In this document: in pieces, positions 1 through 7,606 of the stretch
Position numbering within the stretch: position 1 is the first letter of the stretch
How the letters are laid out: every line of letters starts with the position of its first letter
Assembly (NCBI GenBank): GCA_019635535.1
Contig: JAHBZH010000001.1
Span: forward strand, 1,018,995 to 1,082,994
Source: Sphingomonas sp.
GTDB lineage: Bacteria; Pseudomonadota; Alphaproteobacteria; Sphingomonadales; Sphingomonadaceae
Direction: 5' to 3'
Length of the DNA: 64,000 bases
Made by a program: the position numbers and the translations under genes
Notes under the pieces: generated by a model
Databases searched by the model: none
The model's input: the letters and a program-made list of their open reading frames with translations, nothing else
What the model was told of the DNA's origin: nothing

Positions 1-639
1 ATGACGCCGGACCGGCCGGAAACCGGCTATGGCTATATCAGGCGCGGCGCGGCGCTGGGCGAGGGGCTGTTCGCGGTCGATCGCTTCGTCGAGAAGCCGG
101 ACGCCGCCACCGCCGCCGCCTGGCTCGCCGAAGGCGGTCATGACTGGAATGGCGGCATCTTCCTGATGCGCGCCGACGCTTTGATCGACGGGCTGGCGGC
201 CCATGCGCCCGACATCCTCGCCGCCGCGCGCGCCGCCGTCGCGGGGCAGAAGGCGGACGGCGCGCGCATCAGCCCCGACGCGGCGGCCTTTGCCGGGGCG
301 CCGTCCATCTCGATCGACTATGCGCTGATGGAGAAGGCCGAGAAAGTAGCCGTCGCGCCGGTCGCCATCGGCTGGTCCGACATCGGCGGCTTTACGGCCT
401 TGCGCGACATCATGGCGCAGGACGCGGCGGGTAATGCGATCGCGGGAGACGTGCTGGCGCTCGATGCCGACAATTGCCTGATCCGCTCGGACGGCCCGCT
501 CGTCGCGGTGGTCGGGGTCAAGGATCTGGTGGTGATCGCGGCGGGCGGCGCGGTGCTCGTCGTGCCGCGCGACCAGAGCCAGCGCGTGAAAGAGATCGTC
601 GAGCGATTGAACGCGGAAGGACGCGACACATGGACATGA
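1..639 (+). CDS. manC: Mannose-1-phosphate guanylyltransferase, probably 5'-truncated by the window edge
   Basis: Motifs PETGYGYI, FVEKPD, WNGGIF, SIDYALMEK, WSDIG. Confidence 0.85.
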   Translation: MTPDRPETGYGYIRRGAALGEGLFAVDRFVEKPDAATAAAWLAEGGHDWNGGIFLMRADALIDGLAAHAPDILAAARAAVAGQKADGARISPDAAAFAGAPSISIDYALMEKAEKVAVAPVAIGWSDIGGFTALRDIMAQDAAGNAIAGDVLALDADNCLIRSDGPLVAVVGVKDLVVIAAGGAVLVVPRDQSQRVKEIVERLNAEGRDTWT

Positions 640-1565
640 GGAAGCTCGGCGCGAGCGGCTTCGCAACGCCCCGGCTGGTACTCGGCGGCAACGTGTTCGG
701 CTTCACTGTGAAGGGCGGGGAGGCGTTCGATGTGCTCGATCGTTTCGTCGCGGCCGGCGGCACGATGATCGACACGGCGGACGTCTATTCGAACTGGGTG
801 CCCGGCCATGTCGGCGGGGAATCGGAGACGCTGCTGGGCGAATGGCTGAAGCGGCGCGGCCGGCGCGACGACGTGCTGATCGCGACCAAGGTCGGCTACG
901 ACAAGGGCCTCGCGCCCAGCCATATCGCGGCGGCGATCGACGCCTCGCTGGCCCGGCTCGGCACGGATCGTGTCGATCTCTATTATGCGCACAAGGACGA
1001 TCCCGGGACGCCGCTCGAAGAGACGCTGGCCGCGTTCGACGGACTCGTGAAGGCCGGCAAGGTCCGCGCGATCGGCGCGTCCAATTATTCGGCCGCGCGG
1101 CTGGCCGAAGCGCTCGACGTCTCCATGCGGGCGGGACTGGCGGCGTTCACCGTGCTGCAGCCCGAATACAACCTGATGGCGCGGGCCGGTTTCGAAGGGC
1201 CGGTGCAACAGCTCTGTATCGAGCGCGATCTCGGCGTGCTGCCCTATTTCGGCCTCGCCTCCGGCTTCCTCACCGGCAAATATCGCGGCGAGGCGGATTT
1301 CGGCAAAAGCCCGCGCGGCGCCGGCATGAAGCGCTACCTGGACGACAAGGGGCGCGCGGTGCTCGCCGCGCTGGACGAGGTGGCGGCCGAAACCGGCGCG
1401 ACCCAGGCCCAGACCGCCCTGGCCTGGCTCGCCGCCCGCCCGGGCGTCACCGCCCCCATCGCCAGCGCCACCAGCCTCGCCCAGCTCGACGAGCTGCTCG
1501 GCGTCCTGACGCTTGAGCTGAGCGGAGCGCAGGTGGAGAGGCTGGAGACGGCGTCGGCGGAATAG
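636..1565 (+). CDS. Aldo/keto reductase
   Basis: IDTADVY, ATKVG, DLYYAH, IGASN, QPEYNL; ATG at 636 overlaps the upstream TGA (ATGA). Confidence 0.9.
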   Translation: MRKLGASGFATPRLVLGGNVFGFTVKGGEAFDVLDRFVAAGGTMIDTADVYSNWVPGHVGGESETLLGEWLKRRGRRDDVLIATKVGYDKGLAPSHIAAAIDASLARLGTDRVDLYYAHKDDPGTPLEETLAAFDGLVKAGKVRAIGASNYSAARLAEALDVSMRAGLAAFTVLQPEYNLMARAGFEGPVQQLCIERDLGVLPYFGLASGFLTGKYRGEADFGKSPRGAGMKRYLDDKGRAVLAALDEVAAETGATQAQTALAWLAARPGVTAPIASATSLAQLDELLGVLTLELSGAQVERLETASAE

Positions 1566-1605
1566 GGGTGAGGTCCGCTATGGGTGGGGAGTGGACACTT
1601 CTTAC

Positions 1606-1625
1606 CCCTCCCTTGAAAGGGAGGG
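1606..1625. repeat. CCCTCCCT-TGAA-AGGGAGGG hairpin, intergenic palindrome/terminator-like
   Basis: Perfect 8-bp stem between convergent genes; resembles the hairpin at 57591-57618. Confidence 0.45.
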
Positions 1626-1853
1626 CTGAAGGACCGCAAAGGGTCGATGGCAGACCTCCGACCCCCCGCTTCCAATGTAGGAAATGCTCTGTCACGCTTG
1701 CCCCCGACTCGGGGTCTCGGCTCTGGCTCGCGGCTCTTTGAAAAACACCGGCTCCCGTCCGGACGGCGCCCCGCGAAAACACCCCTCACCCTGTCAACTT
1801 AGTAAACTTAACACTCTCCAAGCGTGGTGGCGAATGGCCTGTTTTGTCGCGGC

Positions 1854-3179
1854 TCAGCGCCTCCCGAATACGCCCAGCGCGGCCACCGTCATCGCCTCGA
1901 CGGCGGTGGCGATGGTCGGCTCGGGCTCCGGCGCCCAGAAGGGGCTGTGGAGCGAGGGGAGCTGCGACATGTCGCCGGCCGCCGCGTCCCAGCGCGCCTG
2001 AGGCACGCCGCCGACCCAGAAGATCAGGCTCTCCATGCCGGGATTGGCGAGCCGGTAGCGGCCGAAATCCTCGCCGGCCATGACCGGGCGGATCGGGCGC
2101 ACCCGGTCGGCGCCGAAATGGTCGCGGAAGCCGGCGATGACGCTGGTGGTGAAGGCGTCGGTGTTGACCGTGGCCGGCGTGGCCTCCGCCTCGCGCACGG
2201 TGACGATCGGCATCCGGTCCTCCGGCACGCCGGCGGCGATCGCCTCGCCGCGCGCGATCCGGGCGATGCCGTCCAGCAACTGGCGGCGGATCTCCGGCGT
2301 GTAGCTGCGCACCGTGATGAGCAGGCGCGCCTCGTCCGAGATGATGTTGTGCTTGGTGCCGGCCTGGAAGGAGCCGACGGTGACGACCGCGCTGTCGAGC
2401 GGATCGAGCTCGCGGCTGACCAGCGTCTGGAGCGAGGTGACGATGCGGGCGGCGAGGACGACCGGGTCGCGCGTCGTGTGCGGCGCGGCGCCATGGCCGC
2501 CCAGCCCGCGCACCACCATGTCGACGCTGTCGACATTGGCCAGCGCCGGCCCGTCCGACCAGCCGATCACGCCCGCCGGGAGTGTCGCCGAATCGTGGAA
2601 GGCGATGGCGTGGCTGGGGCGCGGGAAGCGGGTGAAGAGGCCGTCCTCCAGCATCGCGATCGCGCCCTGGCTGGTCTCCTCGCCGGGCTGGGCGATCATC
2701 ACCAGCGTGCCGGACCATTGGTCCCGCATCGCCGCCAGCCGCCGCGCCGTGCCGACCCAGGCGGCCATATGCGTGTCGTGGCCGCAGGCGTGCATCAGGG
2801 CGGTGTCCAGCCCCTCGCGCGTCGTGCCCCGCGCGCGGCTGGCATAAGGCAGGCCGGTCTGCTCCTCGACCGGCAGGCCGTCCATGTCGGCGCGGATCAT
2901 CAGCACCGGGCCGGGGCCGTTCTCCAGCACCGCCACGACGCCGGTGACGCCGACGCCCGTGGTGACGGTGAAGCCGAGTGATCGCACCGCGTCGGCCATC
3001 AGCTCGGCGCTGCGCGTCTCCTGCATCGACAGCTCGGGATTGGCGTGCAGGTCGCGATACAGCTCCAGCAGGTCGGGCATGTCCTGCCGGATCGCGGAGC
3101 TCAAATCCTGGGCGTGGACGGGCAAAGCGGTGGCCATGACACAGGCGCATAGCATGGCGGCGAGGCTTTTGCGTCTCAT
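1854..3179 (-). CDS. M20D family amidohydrolase with signal peptide
   Basis: LHANPELS, RADMDGLP, MHACGHD, QPGEE, GGHG, GEDF motifs. Confidence 0.9.
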   Translation of the reverse strand: MRRKSLAAMLCACVMATALPVHAQDLSSAIRQDMPDLLELYRDLHANPELSMQETRSAELMADAVRSLGFTVTTGVGVTGVVAVLENGPGPVLMIRADMDGLPVEEQTGLPYASRARGTTREGLDTALMHACGHDTHMAAWVGTARRLAAMRDQWSGTLVMIAQPGEETSQGAIAMLEDGLFTRFPRPSHAIAFHDSATLPAGVIGWSDGPALANVDSVDMVVRGLGGHGAAPHTTRDPVVLAARIVTSLQTLVSRELDPLDSAVVTVGSFQAGTKHNIISDEARLLITVRSYTPEIRRQLLDGIARIARGEAIAAGVPEDRMPIVTVREAEATPATVNTDAFTTSVIAGFRDHFGADRVRPIRPVMAGEDFGRYRLANPGMESLIFWVGGVPQARWDAAAGDMSQLPSLHSPFWAPEPEPTIATAVEAMTVAALGVFGRR

Positions 3180-3191
3180 CTTCGTCCTTTC

Positions 3192-3809
3192 TTAGGGGCG
3201 TCCGGCGGGGACCAGCTCGATCACGTCGATCCGGGATTCGAATCGCGGAGACGGGATGGCGAGACGCCAGCGCCGTTCGCCGATCCGCTGCATCATGCCG
3301 ATCATGTCGCGATCGGCGTCGATGCCATATTGATAGGCGCGCCGCTCGTCGCCGAGCTGCATCGTGCCGATGAAGATCATGCGGGTCGATTGATCGGCAT
3401 AAAGCCGGCCCCGCGGGCGCTGCGATCCGGTCAGCTTCGCGAAGAGCAGCGAAGTGCCCTCGGCGCGGATGCGGCAGCGGAAGGCGGGATAGGCGACATA
3501 ATCGAGCGATCCGGACTGGCTGCCGATCTTGATCACGCGGCACGCATACTCGCCGGGCGGCGGCGCGGGATCGGCCAATGCCGCGTCGGGATCGAGCAGC
3601 GCGCCTTCGCCCGCGATCAGCGCGTCATGGCCGCTCTCGCGTGCCTCGGCGAGTCCCCGCGTCCAGGCATCGCGCCAGTCGCGCAGCCGGCGGCGATCAT
3701 CGGCGCTGGCCACCGTCCGCCAGCTCTGCCCCGGCGCAGGCTCCGGCGCCGGGGCGGGCTGGGCGAGCGCCGGCCCGGCAAGGAACGCGAGAAGGAGGGT
3801 GCGGAGCAT
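3192..3809 (-). CDS. Exported protein, DUF4893-like
   Basis: Signal peptide; YPAFRCRI, KLTGSQRP, YGxDxxRD pattern recalled for this family. Confidence 0.7.
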   Translation of the reverse strand: MLRTLLLAFLAGPALAQPAPAPEPAPGQSWRTVASADDRRRLRDWRDAWTRGLAEARESGHDALIAGEGALLDPDAALADPAPPPGEYACRVIKIGSQSGSLDYVAYPAFRCRIRAEGTSLLFAKLTGSQRPRGRLYADQSTRMIFIGTMQLGDERRAYQYGIDADRDMIGMMQRIGERRWRLAIPSPRFESRIDVIELVPAGRP

Positions 3810-3851
3810 GGACGGCAGCTTGCGCTGGATCGGCGGGCAAGGGCAAGCCCG

Positions 3852-4625
3852 TCAGGCCGCCGTCCAGCCGCCGTCCATGCCGAGATTGGCGCCGGTGATC
3901 TGCGCCGCCTCGTCGCGGCACAGGAAGACGGCCAAAGCGGCGACCTGATCGGGCTGGACGAACCGCTTGGTCGGCTGGGCGGCGAGCAGGACGTCGTTGA
4001 TCACCTGATCGCGGGTGAGGCCGCGCGTCTTCATCGTGTCGGGGATCTGGTTTTCCACCAGCGGCGTCCAGACATAGCCGGGACTGATGCAATTGACCGT
4101 GATTCCGGCCTGCGCGACCTCCAGCGCCACCGTCTTGGTGAGGCCGGCGATGCCGTGCTTGGCCGCGACATAGGCGGACTTGTTCGGGCTGGCGACCAGG
4201 CTGTGGGCGGACGCGGTGTTAACGATCCGGCCCCAGCCGCGCTGCTTCATCCCCGGCACGGCGAGCCGGGTGGTGTGGAAGGCGGCGGAAAGATTGAGCG
4301 CCAGGATCAGGTTCCACTTGTCGACCGGGAATTCGTCCACCGGCGCGACATGCTGCATGCCGGCATTGTTGACCAGGATATCGACCCCGCCGATTTCGGC
4401 CATCATCGTCTCGATCGCATCCGCCTTGGTGAGATCGGCGCTGTTGTAGCGGACAGTCGCGCCATGCACCTCGGCCAGAGCGGCGCGTTCCTGCTCGATG
4501 GCATCCGCATCGCCGAAGCCGTTGATGACGATGTTCGCGCCTTCGGCGGCGAGTGCCTTGGCGATGGCGAGCCCGATGCCGGAGGTGGAGCCGGTGACGA
4601 GTGCGGTCTTGCCCTTGAGGAACAT
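3852..4625 (-). CDS. bdhA: 3-hydroxybutyrate dehydrogenase (SDR)
   Basis: TGSTSGIG, NNAGMQHVAP, SAHSLVASPNKSAYVAAKHG; start set at MFLKGK after an AAGGA RBS. Confidence 0.9.
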   Translation of the reverse strand: MFLKGKTALVTGSTSGIGLAIAKALAAEGANIVINGFGDADAIEQERAALAEVHGATVRYNSADLTKADAIETMMAEIGGVDILVNNAGMQHVAPVDEFPVDKWNLILALNLSAAFHTTRLAVPGMKQRGWGRIVNTASAHSLVASPNKSAYVAAKHGIAGLTKTVALEVAQAGITVNCISPGYVWTPLVENQIPDTMKTRGLTRDQVINDVLLAAQPTKRFVQPDQVAALAVFLCRDEAAQITGANLGMDGGWTAA

Positions 4626-4641
4626 GGCGGAGAGGTCCTTT

Positions 4642-5784
4642 CTACGTGGCGAGGTCGAAGGCGGCGGTGCGGCCGTCGGCGATGTTGCGGGCGAGGAGGG
4701 CATCGTGGCGCATCGTCTCGGCGATGGCGGCAACGCCTTCGGCCCAATGATGCTCCATCGTCGCGCGCGAAAATTCGAAATCGGCCGCGCCACCCTGCCA
4801 GCCCTGCTTGCGGTAGATGAGATGGACGAGGCTGACCGCATGTTCGGCCGCCATCCCGGCGAGCCGCTTCGCGTCGGGATCGTCGGCCAGCTCGGGCGGC
4901 AGCCTGGCGATCAGGGTGCGGATCGCCTCGCGCTCCTTGCGCAGGCGCAGCAGCTGGTCGGTCACCTGGCGGGTGCGGCTCGAATAGCGGATGTCCTTCT
5001 CGCGCGCATAGACGTCCATGATCGTCGCCGGCATCTCGCCGCGCGCGGGGAAGAGATCGACCTGGAAGACCAGCATGTCCTCCCGCTGGTTCTCCAGCAC
5101 ATGGCCAAGCGGCGTGTTGGAGACGATGCCGCCGTCCCACCACCAGCCGCCGTCGATTTCGATCGGCGGCAGGCCGGGCGGCAAGGCGCCCGACGCCATG
5201 ATGTGCCGCGCGTCGAGCCGCTCGCGCTTCGTGTCGAAATAACGGAAATTGCCGGTCTCGACATTGACCGCGCCGACCGAGACCCGGACCGGGCCGTCGT
5301 TGAGCAGATCCCAATCGACATATTCATCGAGGGTCGCGGCGAGTGGATTGCTGTCGTAGAAACTGAGCGCGCCGGTGCTCTTGGCGGGCGCCAGCATCGG
5401 GCTGAGCAGGCGCGGCGTGAAGAAGCCGGGCACGCCCTGCGCGGCGACATAGCCGGCGGACATCAGGTGCACCCATTCGCGCCATTCGTCGCCGCCCCCG
5501 GCCAGCGGCAGCACGGGCAAGGCTGCCGTCACCTGCTCCCAGAAGCCGCGCAGCTTCGCGGTGCGCGCCGCGGGCGGATTGCCGGCGATGATCGCGGCAT
5601 TGACCGCGCCGATCGAGATGCCGGCGATCCAGTCCACCGCGATCGCCCGCTCGGCCAGGCCCTCATAGACCCCGGCCTGGTAGGCGCCCAGCGCACCGCC
5701 GCCCTGCAGGACGAGCGCGACCATGTCGGGAAGCGGCATCCGCTCGGGCGTACGCGCGCGGCGGCGGGGCTGGGCGTCGGCCAT
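4642..5784 (-). CDS. Patatin-like phospholipase with C-terminal DUF3734-like domain
   Basis: GGGALGAYQAG, GISIG (GxSxG), DGG motifs. Confidence 0.85.
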   Translation of the reverse strand: MADAQPRRRARTPERMPLPDMVALVLQGGGALGAYQAGVYEGLAERAIAVDWIAGISIGAVNAAIIAGNPPAARTAKLRGFWEQVTAALPVLPLAGGGDEWREWVHLMSAGYVAAQGVPGFFTPRLLSPMLAPAKSTGALSFYDSNPLAATLDEYVDWDLLNDGPVRVSVGAVNVETGNFRYFDTKRERLDARHIMASGALPPGLPPIEIDGGWWWDGGIVSNTPLGHVLENQREDMLVFQVDLFPARGEMPATIMDVYAREKDIRYSSRTRQVTDQLLRLRKEREAIRTLIARLPPELADDPDAKRLAGMAAEHAVSLVHLIYRKQGWQGGAADFEFSRATMEHHWAEGVAAIAETMRHDALLARNIADGRTAAFDLAT

Positions 5785-5885
5785 GTGCGGCCTTCTCCTT
5801 TGCTGCGGCGCAATATGCAAGTCGCGTCGTTGCAACCAAGCGGAGGCAGGCGCATTGTGCGCAGGACAGCGGAGGAGTGCGTCGA

Positions 5886-6794
5886 ATGCGTTTCGGGGAC
5901 CGCAGGACCAGCGACAATGTGGAAAGCCAGCGCGGGCAGAGCTTCGGCGGGCGCGGCGGCGGTGGGCTCGGTGGTGCCGGCGCGAGCATGCTGTTCGGCC
6001 TGGTCGCCAGCCGGTTCGGCATTGGCGGGGTCATCGTGCTCGCCCTCCTCTTCTTTGCCTTCGGCGGCGGATTGGGCGACCTGCTCGGCGGCGGCGGGCA
6101 GCGGGCGCTGGCGCCGCAGGAGGCACGGCCAGGGGCGCAGCCGGCCGGCAATGTCTGCCAATCGGACGAGGTGACGCGCTTCTCCTGCCAGGTGCTCGCC
6201 TCCACCGAGGAGCAATGGGGCGCGATGTTCGCCGCGAACGGATCGCGCTACACGCCGCCGCGCATGGTCTTCTACGACCGGCGCGGCAGCTCGGGCTGCG
6301 GCGCGGCGGATTCGGCGATGGGGCCGTTCTATTGCCCAGCCGACCAGCGCATCTATCTCGACACCCAATTCTTCCGCGAGCTGGCGCAGCGTTTCCGGGC
6401 GCCGGGCGATTTCGCCCAAGCCTATGTGATCGCGCACGAGGTCGGCCACCATATCCAGACGATCACCGGCGTCACCGATCAGGTCCGCCGTGCGCAGCAG
6501 GCGGTCGGCCAGACGCAGGGCAACGCCCTGCAGGTGCGGATGGAATTGCAAGCCGATTGCTATGCCGGCGTCTGGGCCTCGCGCGAGCGGGGCATCATGG
6601 ACGAAGGCGATCTGGAGGAGGGCATGGGCGCCGCCGCCGCGATCGGCGACGATACGCTGCAGCGCGCCGCGCAGGGCACGGTCGTGCCCGAAAGCTTCAC
6701 CCACGGCACTTCGGCCCAACGCCAGGAGGCGCTGATGCGCGGCTTCCGGGGCGGCGGGCCCGCGGCGTGCGATGCCTATATGCAGGGAGTCTGA
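5886..6794 (+). CDS. Neutral zinc metallopeptidase (YpfJ family)
   Basis: GPFYCPAD, AHEVGHHIQ, ELQADCYAG, HGTS. Confidence 0.88.
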   Translation: MRFGDRRTSDNVESQRGQSFGGRGGGGLGGAGASMLFGLVASRFGIGGVIVLALLFFAFGGGLGDLLGGGGQRALAPQEARPGAQPAGNVCQSDEVTRFSCQVLASTEEQWGAMFAANGSRYTPPRMVFYDRRGSSGCGAADSAMGPFYCPADQRIYLDTQFFRELAQRFRAPGDFAQAYVIAHEVGHHIQTITGVTDQVRRAQQAVGQTQGNALQVRMELQADCYAGVWASRERGIMDEGDLEEGMGAAAAIGDDTLQRAAQGTVVPESFTHGTSAQRQEALMRGFRGGGPAACDAYMQGV

Positions 6795-6820
6795 GCATCG
6801 GGTCGCACGCCCGCATGTCG

Positions 6821-6862
6821 AATAGAAGAGCGCCGGCGTGGCGGCTGCTGCCACGCCGGCGC
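6821..6862 (-). terminator. Intrinsic terminator for a leftward transcript
   Basis: Perfect 13-bp stem (6830-6842 with 6850-6862) followed on - by TCTTCTATT. Confidence 0.65.
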
Positions 6863-6962
6863 GGACGGACGAGCAAATGGGGAGAGTCGTCCATCTTTTC
6901 GAAGCGGCCCGGAGATACGCGATCGGACCGTTCGAGCGCCTCTTCTCACTAATGCGAATTAA
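6821..6962 (-). ncRNA. Candidate small RNA of about 140 nt
   Basis: Bounded by a sigma70-like promoter and a terminator; internal hairpin with a C-rich loop; no credible ORF. Confidence 0.5.
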
Positions 6963-6996
6963 TTGCAATAGTGATTTTCAGCTATTCCGGATGCAA
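6951..6996 (-). promoter_or_regulatory. Sigma70-like promoter overlapped by a Fur-box-like palindrome
   Basis: On -: TTGCAT (6996-6991), 17-nt spacer, CACTAT (6973-6968); TGCGA-ATTAA-TTGCA at 6953-6967. Confidence 0.45.
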
Positions 6997-7016
6997 TGTC
7001 GATTTCGGATTCGAGT

Positions 7017-7604
7017 ATGACCGATGATCCCACTTTCTTCTCCGACGAGGCCGCGTTCCGCCGCTGGCTGGCAGCGAACCACGCCGATGCGGGCGAGCTG
7101 ATCGTCGGCTTCTGGAAGAAGGGCAGCGGCACGCCGTCGATCGACTGGCCGCAGGCGCGCGACCAGGCCTTGTGCTTCGGCTGGATCGACGGGGTGCGCA
7201 CCTCGCTCGGGCCGGAAAGCTACAAGATCCGCTTCACGCCGCGCCGGCCGGGAAGCATCTGGAGCCGGGTCAATATCGCGCGGTTCGAGACGTTGAAGGA
7301 GGCGGGGGCGATGACGCCGGCCGGCGAGAAGGCTTTCGCCGAGGGCAAGGAACGGACCGACCATTATTCCTACGAGAATGAGGAGCGCGCGCTGAGCGCC
7401 GAGGAAGAGGCGCTGTTCCGCGCCAACCCGGCGGCCTGGGCCGATTTCGAGAAGCGCCCGCCTTCCTACCGCAAGCCCGTCCTTCACTGGGTGACGAGTG
7501 CGAAGAAGCCGGAGACTCGCGCGCGGCGGCTGGCGACGTTGATCGCGGACAGCGCGGCGGGGCGCAAGATCGGAGGCATGGAGATCGGCCGGAAGAAGGG
7601 CTGA
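7017..7604 (+). CDS. YdeI/OmpD-associated family protein
   Basis: ALCFGWIDG, RFTPRRPGSIWS, C-terminal SAKKPETRARRL. Confidence 0.85.
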   Translation: MTDDPTFFSDEAAFRRWLAANHADAGELIVGFWKKGSGTPSIDWPQARDQALCFGWIDGVRTSLGPESYKIRFTPRRPGSIWSRVNIARFETLKEAGAMTPAGEKAFAEGKERTDHYSYENEERALSAEEEALFRANPAAWADFEKRPPSYRKPVLHWVTSAKKPETRARRLATLIADSAAGRKIGGMEIGRKKG

Positions 7605-7606
7605 TC

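Noticed and set aside
6697-6894. 65-aa minus-strand ORF MDDSPHLL
   Set aside because: Runs through a strong terminator and overlaps the metallopeptidase antisense; no motif
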